The notes under the pieces were generated by a model. That model ran no database searches and had not been told where the DNA came from. It was given only the letters and a program-made list of their open reading frames with translations. This document shows, one piece after another, positions 27,297 through 41,800 of a stretch of 64,000 nt of DNA. The stretch spans positions 1,681,177 to 1,745,176 of the forward strand of contig NMRA01000024.1 of assembly GCA_002633005.1 (NCBI GenBank), read 5' to 3'. This DNA is from Phoronis australis (Eukaryota; Animalia; Phoronida). The first letter of the stretch is position 1, and every line of letters begins with the position of its first letter. The translations under genes and the position numbers were made by a program.

Positions 27297-30200
27297 ATCT
27301 TCACTCTCTTCATCAGATTCGCCACTTTCACTTTCTTCTGAAAAATAAAGAAGGAAATCTGTTGACTCCCAAGAAATTCATTGACTTTCACGAAGTCGAC
27401 AATACAAACAGCAACCTTCAGAAAATTCTACATGACAAACTTCGGAACATCATACCTCAGAAATGATTCGTATGAAACTGAGATTCTATGCTTTGTGCAC
27501 CGTTCTCTAATACATTGTTAGGAATTAATTTTTATATGCTCCACCCATGTGGCAGGAGCTGTCAAAAATAAGATTTTTATCATTTTCATGAAAAAAATTA
27601 AATGTTGCATGAAATGAAAGCGGAATGATAACTTAGAAAACTGTATATACGTTTTTTTAGATTTCATGTTGAACATTCATATCAAATGAATTTTATCTTA
27701 TTGATACCATTGTTTTGCTATCAGAATACTTCTCTTTTTGCTAAATCTTACCAAAAGTCACATGACCAAATTAATGACATACATGTAGTCACATGACCAA
27801 ATCAATCTGACAGATTGATAAAAAGACCCTACAAACCATGGTTAGGTATTAAAAACATCAGCTTTCTTCACAGGCGTATTTACCCTTAACTTCAAAAGCA
27901 AATTCAGCAGGTTCTTATCCTTTGTTTGAATTGAAATTGGTTACAATAAAATGACTGGTATTCATTTGATGCGCTCACAGTCTTGGCAACTGAAACTAAC
28001 TAGCTCTCTCTGACATGCAACCCCAGTTAATTAACCTGAATTGTAGCAATAACGAGATGTCAGTCCTTCTCAAGTCAAGAGAAATTATTGCTAATCTCAA
28101 GTATGGAACAAGGTTGTTGTTTTACCTGATTTGTAAATATTCATGCTACAGCGAATTAAAAAACTAAATCTCATAATATGAGACCAACTTTGCAGGTCAA
28201 AAGGAAGTGACCCAGGTCAAAAGGAAGTGAGCCAAGTCAATAGATGGTCAATGACACAAGGTGCAGGTTCACTGTCCTTTTAACTTCGTGGTTCCAATAT
28301 TAGATGACATACCTTCCTCTTGGCGCAGCATTTCCTCTATGAGTGCTTGGTATTCCAGCGCCTCCTTGTGGCCAGGTTCATAGATCAGAACTAAAAAAGC
28401 AATTATATTGTCAACATGCATTTAATAATTAAACGTAATTTGGAAAGTACCGTCACTACGTATAATCGACATAAAATTTAAATGAACACACAGGGTTGCA
28501 TTCAATAACACTATTCACTTCCAAGTAAGTACAAACTACTGTCAGTGATTAAAGGCTCTGCTTGGCAACATCTCGTGGAGATGCACACTCTGGTATCAAA
28601 TTTGCAACATACTATTCACAGTGAATGAACATCAGAACCTGAAGTCTAAACTGCAAACTTTCTTGAAAATTGACCAACTGCATAGCCTGCTTCAAGTAAA
28701 CTTACAAACTTTTACTTGAATCATGCATTAAGATTGGTCAAGTTTTGAATCCGAGTCTGAGATTATCCTGGACAGTGGTCTTGTGCAACCAAGTGCATTA
28801 AGATCTATGTTCGTACTGTTAAAGTCACACATAGTTTAATTAGGTCAAGCCATAATAGCCTACTTCAAACTGGAATAAATCAAATTAGCGTCGATGAACG
28901 TTGCCATTGAAACAATCAAGGACATCCATTCAGTCTACGATGTTACCGTGTGTAAATAGGAATGCTAACTCACCAAATCAAAGAATTACAAAGTGTGACA
29001 CCCCAAAACGTGAACCAAACGTAAAGCGATGGTTTTCAAAGGTGGCACTGCTTAGGGTGTTTAAAGCTAGGATATTTAACAAGCGCATTTCAAGGCATCG
29101 GACAGTTTACTATAAAACAAGTATCACTCGTTTCAGGCAAAAATAATCACCAAGAGTGATCTATCATGATCTTTTTTCATTTTTCAAACACTTTTACCAT
29201 TGTAGTGAATGTCCACATTTTCTCAAAACACTGTCCAATGATAGCTGTGCGACAGAATTTTAAAATAATAAAGCATTTGCATGTGGCTACTTAACTTCCA
29301 AGACAAAAATCAAAAAAAAAAATTCCTGTCGTCTGCCATACTGAATTGATGTTTTACCGTACTGTCACTGCATGAAATAAATAAACAGTAATTATAATCA
29401 CATGATTAGCAACGTACAGTCGATGTGTCTACTTTGTCTCTTACTTACTCATTTTGCATAATTTCTGCGCATTCAGCCAATCGTTGTTCATGATACAAGA
29501 CAGGAACTGGAATGACAGAATGCTGACGTGTAAACCACTTGTTAATAAAACACGTCAAAATAATCTTCCACTTATTTTTTTTTAGACTAAGAACACTCGT
29601 CTTCAACAAAAGTCCCAGATTTTGAGAACCAAACTATAGGACTTGCTGTACAGTGGATGAAACAGATTCTCAAAATCCAGGAATCCTGTGAATACGAGAG
29701 TCATATCTCTTCAATAAATCACAAGAAAATATGTTGATTTTTAACAATCCAGGTGATAGGCCATGCAACGTTAATGGCTCACCTCACAAATAAAACTTGG
29801 GTTTACAGAGCAATTTAAGTTCAACAAAATACGGATATTACATAGATTTTTAAACTGTCCATTTTAACATATTAAAGGACACATCCTTTGAATACCCAAT
29901 GAATGAAAAATCTTAATTCGTGCCTCAAAATGTCGCACAATTCTTTACAATCACTTGACCACCATTCATTTTTTGTGAAGCTTCAGTTTCAATATGAATT
30001 TCTAAAAACTATACTTTGTGCTTGAACTATGCATTCTTTTGGTCAATAAAAAGAGAACTGTGTCACAGATTTTTGATGTCCCATCAAATAACAGAAACAT
30101 CAGTCATTAAAGTTCCTTTCTCAAAGTAACATTGCTACAAGTCTTCATTTTGACAACCAATATCTCCGTTGTCCAACAAAAAGTCAAAATTCAGTTCCCT

Positions 30201-33200
30201 CAGCCCAAGACCATGAAGTCAGTGTGTAAATTTGCATACAAATCAACCAACATGCTAAAGAGGAATCGATAATCAAAACTGACAAAACCATCAAAAATCA
30301 AAAGGCCTGAAAATGGCAGATGAAGATTTGTCACATAATTGAAATCTACCAAAAGATAATCCAATCCCAAAATTTGCCTTTTACGAGTGGCAATGAAAAA
30401 TGTAGGTGTAATTTCATTGAATGTGTGAATAACAAAGTTTGGAAAAATCCACAAAGGTTCACAATTACCTGGAAATTCAATTCTCTAGTTGCTCATTTTA
30501 GAGGTTATCTGTACAAAGACCCCCAGCTGTGTTCAGATTAAAATATCATGGATTTTGAAAGCTAAATCATGACAGCGACTGTGACAACAAGAATTTTCTT
30601 TGGCTCAAAATGTTCAATGCAAAATGAACTTAAAGATGAAAAATTAATAAATATTAATATTACAACTAGCTTTATTGAAAAATAGTAGTCTACCTCACAG
30701 ATAAGGTCATTGGGTGCTTTGATTGTCTCTTCCTCATCTTCTTCCTCACTTCCAGATTCACCCTCACTACTCTCCTCTTGACTCGAGGTGCTTGCTGTTT
30801 TCAGGGCGTCCATATCCCTAAAACGACCAAAGCATAGTCTTGAAACAAAATGGACAAGATGCGAAATCTGTCAATAACTAATCAACCTAGTAAATGTTAA
30901 AGACCACTCAACACATTTCCAACAAAGATAGATAGCAAGACTCTTGTGGGTGTTTTTTCATAATTATGCATTTAAAAACTATCCAAGAAGACTTCTTCAT
31001 TAATTCTACCAATTCCCTTGAAATTCATTAGGTCATCCTAAAAGTATTTTGTTTTCCCTAGCCCTGCGTCATTCCTCAGGTGGGTAGGTCGGCAGGCTAC
31101 TAAATGACACGAAAGCTGCATTTCTACAGGTTAACCCTTTAATTCATCCTTGCCTCTAAACAATCCATTACCATATCCTTTGCAAATAAAATGCTGTGAA
31201 TGGGGCACAAATTTTAGTCGGTCACACAAAAAGAAACAAAAACAATTTCACATAACTTATTACATCATTGTGAATTCAAACTAAATAAAACATTTTTCTG
31301 AAAAGTGACAACTTTCTTCTGTCTCCATGGTTTTCACTACAATTCCAATCAGTAATTTGTTCTAGTCTATGTGTAACCAACACATGAAAAGAAAAACAAA
31401 AGGTCCAAAACAGATTATGGTAGAAAGGCGTGGTCAAAACTAATGTCAGAGATACATGACTTAATGTGAAAGTGAAGCTGTATTATATGTGAGATCAAAA
31501 ATGCAAAACTAACAAAAATTCTACCACGATAATGGATATTCAAACTATCTTCAAAACACTTTTACTGTCTGTAAGTCTCAGATTCAACAGTCTTAGCTGC
31601 AACTAGGCAAACGGTCATTGATAAAATGGGTCCCGGCCCTTTACCTGGTAACGCCCCCTATTGCACCTTCATCCGTATGACCATTCATTCTGAAAGCGAG
31701 CCTTTACAGTAAAGCAACTTCACAAATCAGACTCTGATGGGATGCTATAGTTATGGAACATAGAGGTCACACACGCAAATGTATCAACATATTGCACATG
31801 AATTTCGCTTAGAAATTATCATTTTGTTCAATGAACGTAATTTATAAGCAAATTAAATTCATCAGGCATACAGAATAGTCACTGAAATATTCAAATCAGT
31901 TCTACAATTAATATAAGAGCAGGCCACTGTATTACAAATTAAAAATATCAAATAATTTAAGCTGTGTGACATGCACCAAGGAAGCTAACAAGGTGATACA
32001 AATGTTGCCAACTTACTTAGCAAATCGTTCATCTTCCAATTGCTTATGTTCCTCCCAGTTAAATTCACCAACATCTTCATCCCTGTAACATATGGAGTTA
32101 AATTCACCAACATCTTCATCCCTGTAACATATGGTGATTATGAAAACCAGAATTCATGCAATGGTTCAAGCAGGACAGCAAGATCTTCAAAGTCACGTAA
32201 ACTTTGTCTAATTTAGTTTTAAGAATCATCTATCAAAAATTTCTGCCACAGAATGCTTCTTCAGAACTATCCAACAGGCGTCTCCTGGTAAACAAGTTTC
32301 CAGTAAAAAACGTTGCAACAAAATTTTAACACTAACTTTTCCTCCTTTCTTTTCACTGCCTGTAGTGACACCTGTTTAGTTGGTGTATTACTACGCCTCC
32401 CACTCTGTACACGACCAGCACTGCTGCTTCTCACTGGACTACTGGTGGACCTACTAAAGAAAAAAACAATGTCTCTAACAATGCCAAAACCTGAGAAGTT
32501 TTCCTTAAAAGGATACCAAACCCGGTTTTGGCCTCTTAACAGATACTAAAAATGGCTTTCCTATCCAGTTCTATGAAACAAAATAATGCTCAGCAACCCT
32601 CGACAACCCTCAAAAGTTTTAAGAAAAATTTGAAAACTCCTTTAAATTCAAAGTCTGCCAAACGGGCAAGTGTGACCTACGTTTTTAGCGAATTACACGG
32701 CAAGTGTGGGAAAAGACCACTCACCAAGGAGCATAATGTCCAATTTGTGAGAGAGGCTGGTATGAGTTTTTAGTGGATTCCTGCTTGTATCTTTCAAGAT
32801 GGACGCCAGTGATGCATTAGCATGTGATACGACGAGGTTTGGTTGAAAATCATCAAAACAAAGTTTAGTATCCTTTTAAAGGAATAAGACCAAGGTTGAA
32901 CATTCCATATGATTTGAGAAGTCACACACATGACAGACAGAACTCCTCAGACCAACACGGCAATTCACCAACAACATGTTCTATAAATAGACAACAATGT
33001 AGATTGATACTGTCTAACTGACATCATGAGCAGACGACAACTGAGTGTGTGAGGCAGCTGCAGTAACGGTCATTACAAGAGCTATAATTTCATTTCTTGA
33101 AATACCTGTGTTATAAAAAGATTGATACACATTCATCAAAACGACTCTTGTAGGGAATTGTTTTCACCTTAGCCTCGTCCAATATTAGGATACTGAGGTG

Positions 33201-36200
33201 ACGATACAAGCAGAGAGTTGACAAGATGCGCTTTTGATCTCACACATTGTATGAAATCAGGCGTTTAAAATAAAGCTCAGAACAGTCGATCTGGGTCTAC
33301 ACCTTTAAAGACAAACGTTTGCTCAATTGCATCTCACAAACACACTTAATGACATAATAGAGCATTAGCATTTGTATTATCACTATAGATGCACAAAAAT
33401 AATGTACTAATAGGCCTTGACACCAAAATTTATTGCAAGTCTCGTGAGACTTAAAAGTTGGCAGAAAGCCTCGCCAAAGATCTGTTCGTAATTAAGATTT
33501 CTGGAAACTAAGACTATCCATGACTCACAAATACCACGAGACAAGAATGGTTTATGTTTACATCAGAGCCTTCATCCATTTGTCGGCATCAAAACGGATA
33601 ACTGAAAGTCCCCACTGGAATATCACCAAGGGGGGCCTGGCCATAGTGTAAAACAGGTAAACCATTGCCATGGCCCTAAAAACGGCATGCTGCGCCTTGT
33701 CTTTCCCCTTTAGTGTGACAACGAGGGGGTAATATTTCAGTGAGTGTATGTCTAAGTATGATAATTAAGAGCAGCGAGGCACTAGTTTGGAGCTATTACT
33801 TGATTGTCATAGAAAAGCTCAATGTTATTAACAATAAAACAGAAGTTCCTTCCCCTACTAAGGTCTACTTAGACACTCGCTTCACCTAGAACTGCTTATA
33901 TAACTAGGCAGATCAATAATGGTTCACTCTCTTAAACTATAAAACTATTATGGTAATTCCTTTGTCTGAAGCTGCAACTCAGAATCATCAGAACATAGCC
34001 TTCAGTTCCTGACCTGGTTACTGTAACGCATCAATAAGATTGCAAATTTGAAAACATTTTCGAGACAGTGGTACAATTTTATTGGGACAGGAGCAACACG
34101 AAACTGTTGACAGAACTCTTACCGAAGCCCTCAACAACTTGGAATTAGAAAAAGAAGAGCTTTTACTGTGATTTTTGACTGACCACTCTTCCAAAAGTGC
34201 ACGTCACAGTTTCCTTACCTCGAATGTCTTCCATCTGAACCAGCACTTCCAGATTTTCTAAGAGTCCCATCTACAACATACCATTAGTACAACTTCTTGA
34301 TTAATCTATGCAACATCAGGAAATAGTCACTTAAAAGAGTTTCCATATTTTGAGAACCAGTTTGATACCCGTTATTCAGAGGACAAAACTCTATCTGGTT
34401 CTCAAAATGTAGGACACAACATCGTGCCTTTGAGAAGGGATCCAAAAAATTCAAACACAAACAATCGAGTGAGCACATATTGTTAAAGGAAATTTTCAAC
34501 AGCTTTAATTTAGTTTAAGGGTAAAAAATATGTGAATTATGTTTTTATCTTAAAGATGGCAGTAATATTAAACTGTCAAAAAGAAAGGCATGCCCATTCA
34601 TGCCTTCTGCTTTAATTTATTTACAGTATCACACCCTTATTTTCAAACAACGATACCTTAACAAGTTGGAATATAAATATGTAAACCTTTAATTGGTGTG
34701 GAACTATAGATCACATTTTTAAGTCCGGTCTGCACGCCACCTATTGGTCACATCACATGACCTAATGAACATAAGTCTGAAAAGATTTCTGCCCCGACCG
34801 GGACTTGAACATGGGACCTTGTGCAAACCGTGCAGACATTGTCCACTTGTTGAACACAGAAATCCAATCAGATTTAGCAGCGGGCAGAAATCTTTTCAGA
34901 CTTAAGTTCATTAGGTCACGTGATGTGACGACCAACAGGTGGCGTGCAGACCAGACTTAAAAATGTTTGTGAACATGTTGGAATGATAACAATAATGGCA
35001 GTACGTACATAGAACAAATTTGCGTACATATGAAACTTTCCAAATTAGCTGAATGATTAGGATTACAGCAATCTCAGCTAAATATTTAATGATCAGCAGC
35101 TTTAGATAATACAAATCAGAGAAATTTCCAATAGTAGTGCTGTCCAATTAGTACAGGACTGTATGCATCACCATGGTAACTTAATGAAAACAGATTACAT
35201 TCATACTCACCGTCTGGAGACAAGATTTCGAAACTACCGCTCCCCGTCAACTGGAAAATCAATTTTGAGAGAGAACAAGGAAAGGACAATTTATTACAAA
35301 ACTAATGTCAATAATCGCTCACAAATTTTACACAAACAGGTTGGAGAATCTGCTGTTCTTGAAAATTTGTTAACTAATAAGAATACTTCAAAACAATAAT
35401 AGTCACTCCTGCTCGTTTTGGAGTTCATGAACTTGACTTTTTCTGCTGAGTGTTTTTTCAACAAATTTACAAAAATGTAGCCAGTAAAGTTCAAATTCTT
35501 CACCAAACAGTATTCTTAAAAAACACAGCATCCAAACAATATTCTTAAAAAAAACAGTCAGTCTCCCTTTTCTAGAAAAAGTTTCCCCTAAATTTGAAGC
35601 TTGAACTTTGACCATTTATGGTTACACAGATAAGTTGACAGGTCAATAAATGCGAGCCATTGTAACTGCTGCTCTGAGCAGACCACTCAGCTCAATATTG
35701 AATACTATGTCACTTTCATGCAGTCACCTTCAGATTTGGTACGTTAACTCAAGTTGACAAACTATCTGGTGGGTAATCACAACAAGGGTGACACTTATAT
35801 GGCCTCGCCGCCCGAAGACAAAAACATCCTTTAAATCACTACTCTGGGTTGTGATTGTAACATTTTTGTCATATCATCCTAAATGTGAAGTCCTACAAAA
35901 AACAGTTTGGTTTCGTATCATATTGCAGTTACCATTTCCTATTTAAAGAGGAAAGTAAAATTCCACAAACCTTCTTTACACCTTTCTTAACTGCAGAACT
36001 GCCAGTTGGTGGTCTGAAATGTACAAAATAAATTACATTGGGCCAAAAAGCACATTTGGTCCTGGTCTGTATTTTTTAAAAATGGAGTCAGTGGTGTGAT
36101 ATTTTTTAAGTTGCTCCTTTTATCAAACATGAAAATCTACCCGAGGCAAGAAAAAATGATAGGAGATGTATTTACTCAAAGCTTACAGTTTCAAAACTTG

Positions 36201-37407
36201 CTTATGTCCCTTTGTACAAAAAACACAAGACTTTGGCTGAAATTGATGCGGAGGGCATATTCTTTTACTTAGTGGGTGCAGGTCTCAACATGAGTTGGGG
36301 TAAAGACCAGAGCAAACTATGTTTTCTGCCAAATGCCCTTATGCAATCAACTGAATCTTGCAATTTCAGGTTTTATGTAACTGAAACATTCCTCGTTTCA
36401 TTTTATTAGGAAAACAAGTCTTTGAACATTACACCTGAAAATGGAACAATAGTTGCCAATGTTCCAAAATGAAAAAGCAGAACACCTGGATATTGTGGGA
36501 ACATGGCAAGAGAAAATGCACAATATCCATGCACAGATACCATGGTAGCGTATTTTCTTTTACATTTAGTCATGCCTGTGAAATGGTATGAACAAATACT
36601 GAGTAAAATCATGAAACTACAAAATCACGCATTAACTCAACAACATGAGTATAATCAAATACCATCGAGTGTATCCAGAACCACAATATTCCAAAGCTGT
36701 GGCCCAACATGTGACATGGCTTCAAAAAGTGGGACGGTACTGCCAAAAGCTGGACAGTTGGCAACAATTATGAAACAACACCATGATGTCCATGTTTTCC
36801 ACAGAAATTTTGACACCAGAGTAATTCAACAAGGCCTGTGCTCACCTGAGGGGAAAATGCCCGTGCCTTCTGAAAGGTAATTTTTGGTTGAAGTTTGGTT
36901 AAAGGGAACCCCTCTCACCACCAAATTCCATCCACCAGTTGACACCCCTCACTGGCAAAGCTTCGGGTAGCCAAAACTAACGTTTTGAAGAACTGATTCT
37001 AACCTCAAGGAGAATTTTTTAATTCTTGTAAGGGAATTTTTGATTCTGAAGAGGGTAATTTTGAGCAATTTTTAAATATTTTGTCATAGGAGAATAGAGC
37101 TGATATTCCGGCCTAAAATCAAGGCTATTAGGACCCGGTTCAATAACAGTTCTTTAATTTTTAAAAATCATAGTATGAGGTATGAGGTCTACATTTTGAA
37201 CCTGGAAATATATTTTGAATAATTTTTGTAATATACTGCAGTGCAAACAAGCCTACGAAACACAAGTGTTGGAACATATGCACTTAATCAGTGATGGAAA
37301 AAATTCAATATGCTGTATGAGAAATGAAAACAATTTTTGTGTTGATTCACAATACCATACCTAGCTGAGACCACCGTTTTCTGTTTCTCTCCACTGTATT
37401 CAGCCAT
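25596..37407 (-). CDS. ERICH2: Glutamate-rich protein 2-like (ERICH2 family); 11 coding exons, about 275 aa (288 with the upstream acceptor)
   Basis: Exons 37407-37361, 36013-35971, 35250-35211, 34270-34219, 32453-32337, 32082(or 32121)-32017, 30817-30694, 29506-29449, 28390-28313, 27337-27250 (duplicate 26509-26422), 25710-25596. Core KAPNDLICEFLSCIMNNDWLNAQKLCKMILIYEPGHKEALEYQALIEEML plus an acidic tail matches ERICH2 as recalled (APLEL..EFL...AKKLCQMILIYEP). The 5' exons rest on phase consistency only. Confidence 0.85.
26187..27821 (+). repeat. About 815-bp duplication across N at 27002 containing the ERICH2-like poly-Asp exon
   Basis: 26187-27001 is repeated at 27003-27821. The 88-nt exon would frameshift if used twice. 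Confidence 0.85.
32057..32134. repeat. Exact 39-bp tandem duplication spanning an ERICH2-like splice acceptor
   Basis: agttaaattcaccaacatcttcatccctgtaacatatgg x2. Confidence 0.92.
32509..32875 (-). mobile_element. Kolobok-like MITE, family A copy 3 (inverted)
   Basis: TTAA|AAGGATACCAAACCCGG ... GTTTAGTATCCTT|TTAA. Confidence 0.8.
34713..34966. mobile_element. Foldback element, about 82-bp arms enclosing a tRNA-like core
   Basis: Arms 34713-34794 and 34882-34966. The minus strand of 34790-34862 has A-box-like TTCAACAAGTGG and B-box-like GTTCAAGTCCC. Confidence 0.7.
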
Positions 37408-37427
37408 CTTTTGATTTCAACATTACT

Positions 37428-38815
37428 CTGGAAATAACGTAGAAAATATATCTGAAACTAAATAAGGCGATCCAGATCCTCCCAAGGATACTATTGTTTC
37501 GTGAAATGAAGAATATAAATCGGTAAATAAAACAACAAGAATGGATCAACTGAAATTTGAAATTTTCGGAGGTAACAACTTCCTTTATCAACAAAAACAG
37601 AAATAAAGTAAAATCAAACACGAAATGACAATTGACATATAAGATATGGTGTAATGAAAATGATACATTTTTGCGTAAAAAATTCAATGACATATTTTAA
37701 GTTTTTATGTTCAATCCATGAGGTTCTATTGTATTCAGTTTGTCTATCCAATATTGTTCTCTTTTAAGTCTGTGAGGGGTACNCAGTTTTCCGCGGTGTG
37801 GCGTATGGAGAAACATGGTGTCCGATATTTAGGTTCTCCGAAGGTTTGGTTGTTGTGTTTTTTGAAGATCAGTCGGAACATAAATGTGGCTTTCAGTGAC
37901 AAGATATAGTAACAGAACAATTCCGTGAAGGTAAATCTTTATTTCAGCAAAGAATTTACAACAATCCGTAATATTTTCAATTAAATATAATGCAAAATGT
38001 GCCAAAACGTCCGATAATTAGGTCACTTGACTGTAGTAGGATAGCGGGTCCCTGGTTTAAAAATGATTCAAGTCAACTGGTAAGAACCAGTGTTACTAAT
38101 CTCTGAATAACAGGTGTTATTGAGTGTCAGTGGTAGTAACTGGTTCTCAATTCACTTTTAACAATAGACCCACCAACTATTTCCTATACCTCTTTTATAC
38201 GCCATAAGTTAAGAAGCCTCTTTAGACTTTACTAGAGGTATGCTCCAGCTCCACCAGGATCAGTGGAGGATTTCTCAGGCAAGTTTTCACTCAACTCAGT
38301 TCAGGATCAGAGCCTAGTTCTTTATGCAATACACACAAAAGCAACACATACCTAATATTATGCAAATGTTGTACGCAGCACCACTAAATAAATGCGCCCA
38401 AACCGTGGCATCTTCACAGAAACACCACCAAATTATAAGTCGGATTAGCGTCACGTATCTTGGCAGCGAAATTCGCTCATAGGTAATTTAGTAGCATTAA
38501 TCAACAGCCGCACTGCTATTATTTTTTTGCAACGCCGAAAACTTTACAGTACATATTTCCAATATAGGCGCTAAACATTTGACAATCAAAATATTTTTTG
38601 TTCTCGATTTTCACATTTTTATAGCTTTTCAAAGGTTGTTGTAACTAAATTTGTTTGGTCTTAGATTAATACCATTCAAAAATCGTTATTTTTGAAAATA
38701 GCACCATCTGGTGGGGATAACTCAAACGATAGCAAAATATGGCGGCTTAATTTAAGACTTTTTAGAAGACTTATTTTCTTTTGTTCTTTGAAACCAGGGT
38801 CCCTCAGGAAGCACT
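37428..38815. promoter_or_regulatory. Probable bidirectional promoter and 5' UTR region of ERICH2-like and CDC27
   Basis: Start codons are 1.4 kb apart and divergent. A CpG-containing segment at 37784-37930 ends in donor-like AAG|GTAAAT (candidate non-coding exon 1 of CDC27); acceptor before the CDC27 ATG at about 38797. Confidence 0.5.
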
Positions 38816-41800
38816 ATGATATTAGTACAGGATCCGATACAGGTTACTGTTTGTTCCAGGTTTCATAATTTCATTGTAGAGTAGTCACTGATATAATTAA
38901 AGTGTTTTGTTTATTAATCAAAGAGGAAGTCTTCCAAAGACGAAATTCCGATCCATTGATTCTCAGGGCACTCAGGTCAGATATAGCGGTCCCTGACTTA
39001 GAGAACCAGTTTCATTCACTAAATAACGGGCCCGTTATACAGTGATTGCCTGGTTTTCTAAATTAGGCACCACTATATCCGACCAGTGCCGATTCTCACA
39101 TGCTTATTTTAATCCCCGTAATATTCATACTGTAGTGAGACGTTATTTGACCTATGGCTATATACTGCTTTTGGTGGCCTGGGCTGGCATGCATTTTGAA
39201 GGTTTGACGTGTGTCCATCACCACAGTATCAGAATAACCCGCTCTTTGACCCACGCTGAGAAATTAACATTGTGTTGTTGTGAGATGAGACATCAGATTA
39301 TATTCATTTTGTGCTTTTCGAAGCGATTTACCTCTTTCGTCCTGTTCCATTTTACATTCATGACTAAAAATTGTTGATTCTGGGTATTAACAACGGGCAT
39401 CGATTGCCAGTGGCTTTGGCTTTGCAGAAGGAGCTAGACCTAGATCCCTGAATATAACTATGAATATTCCCCTGCACCACTTAGGCCTTTGTAAAATTTT
39501 GTCTTCTGATTTGGAATGAATTGCATTGAGCATTGCTGTAACATTGGGGTAGGGGAAATTGGAATTCTTAAATGGATACTAAACTATGTCCTTTGTGATT
39601 TCAACCAATCATTATTATGTTAGCTGCTAGTGCATCATTGACCTCCCACTTGAGTCATAACAACTGGATTCAACTAAAAACTCATACTCTCTATGCCATA
39701 CATTGGACATTATGGTTGTTGGTGGGTGGTCTTTTATGATTGTTGGTGGGCGGTCTTTCCCTACAGTTGTTCTTTAAATTGCTTAAAGCGTAGGTTACGT
39801 GTACATGTTTAGTAGACTTTGCGAGATTTCAAATTTTGATCCAAACTTTTGAGGGTTGTCAAGGGTTGGAGAGCTTTGTTTTGTTTTCTGAGAACTGGAT
39901 GGAAAGTCATTTCTAATATCTATTAATAGACCAAAATCTGGTTTGGTATCCTTTTAAAGTAACGGCTTGCGACTGGGATTCAAACTGGGCTTCAATGCAT
40001 TACGGTTTATGCAGATGAGTGTCTAGTCCTAATTTGCACTTTATGACTGTGTTACTGAGTTTGCTGTTTTTATTTCTTTTTATCTATTCAAATGGAATAC
40101 TAGGAGTGTGTCGCGTGCTTGTTGATGTTCAATGTTTGCCCACTTCTCTCTCGTGTGCCCCATATCCCATTCACAGGCTCGCCTCCTGAGGCAGACAATT
40201 GCAATTGGGACCTTCCAGAGTTCCAAGTTTTGCCAAACAGTTCCAATTTCCATCTCTTCACTTACTGCTCTCTTGCATGTTGCGTGGCTACTTGATGCGA
40301 TTTTTACCAGGTCGCCAAGTGAAATCTAAGGTTACATACAATCAAGCCCTGCTGTATGTATTTACGGGCAAATCACAATCAACGTCCACTTGTGGCCACT
40401 TTTGGTGAAAAATGAAGGTTGTCATATGACAGTAAAAGCTGGGTTATTTTAAAGTACCATCATTCATTGTAATCTAAAATATTTTTGCACACGAACCACC
40501 GAATAAAATTTTATGGCCTAATGCATCACAGTTGTATAAAAGGGTACGTACACTACAACTTGTGGTCACAGCCCAATTCTACCATGCAAAATTTCATAAG
40601 GTAGCTGTTAATTTAATAAGTTTTTGATTAAAGTGAAGAAGTATCGCATACTAAAATAAGAAAAGTTGTTACCGTGCTAATCAAGTTGTTCTAGATGATG
40701 ATACATTGCATATCATAACGCAGTATAATGAGAACTTCTTCTCTTGCAATATGATTCTTACAAAAAGAAAATGACAAGTAACTACTTTTTTAAAAATTTT
40801 ATTGGTGCTATTTCCCTTGTTTTCAACACATTCACCAGTTGGTCAAAGTAATAAAGCAATGCTAGACCCAGTGTTGTAAGCAGTACAAAATGGTACTGGT
40901 TGGGGGGTACGTACACTACGCACAGTCGATAAACGTCAAATTTTGATTAAGTTACAATTGTATGGGATGGTCTCGAGTTTTGTGCTGCCTCTACTTGTTG
41001 TTTTGTTGCAAGTTGAAGTTGTCTTGAGAGATAGAGAGGTTTATAATGAATACTTTTAGAATCTACTGAGAGTTGGTTCATTTACCAAATCTATTCAAAG
41101 AGAACAAATAAAAAGTACATCATGCATGTGCATATCTGTCTGTAATTCTTTGAAAACATGCATATGTTAAAATATAGGGGTAGTACACTACACAAATGCT
41201 AATATTTCATTCATAACAAATGTGTTTGTAATTAACACCCTTTTAACCTAGCATTGTTAATGGAGGAAACTGTCTGTGACAAATGTTACTTACTTACCAT
41301 GTAATATTTTTGTTTCATGGCATTTGTAAACATGGGAGTACTTACACTACACAGGAGTACGTACACTACATTTCAACGACATGTCGGGTTTGTTACTAAA
41401 CACTAAGAATCTACTGAGAGTTAGATGATTTACAAAATCAATTCAAAGAGAAAAAATAAAAAGCACAGCATTCATGTGCATATCTGCCATACTTAGACAA
41501 TAGGCACAAATTAAAATATAGGGGTACGTACACTACACAAATGTTAATATTTCACTCAAAACAAATGTATTTGCAATAAACACCATTTTAACCTAACATT
41601 TTTAAGGAAGGAAACTCTATGACCAATGTTGCTCACTTACCAAGTGATATTTTAATTTCATGGCATTTGTAAACATGGGGGTACGTACACTACAAAAGGG
41701 GGTATGTACACTACATCACTTTTTCTGTGTCACATGGTAACATAATGTATGGCCATTTATTTTTTTCTTTGATGATAATAAGCACCATGTTGTTGTTTTA

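Noticed and set aside
26422-27337. Mutually exclusive duplicated poly-Asp exons
   Set aside because: Identical exons in a duplication joined by a single N; assembly overlap is more likely.
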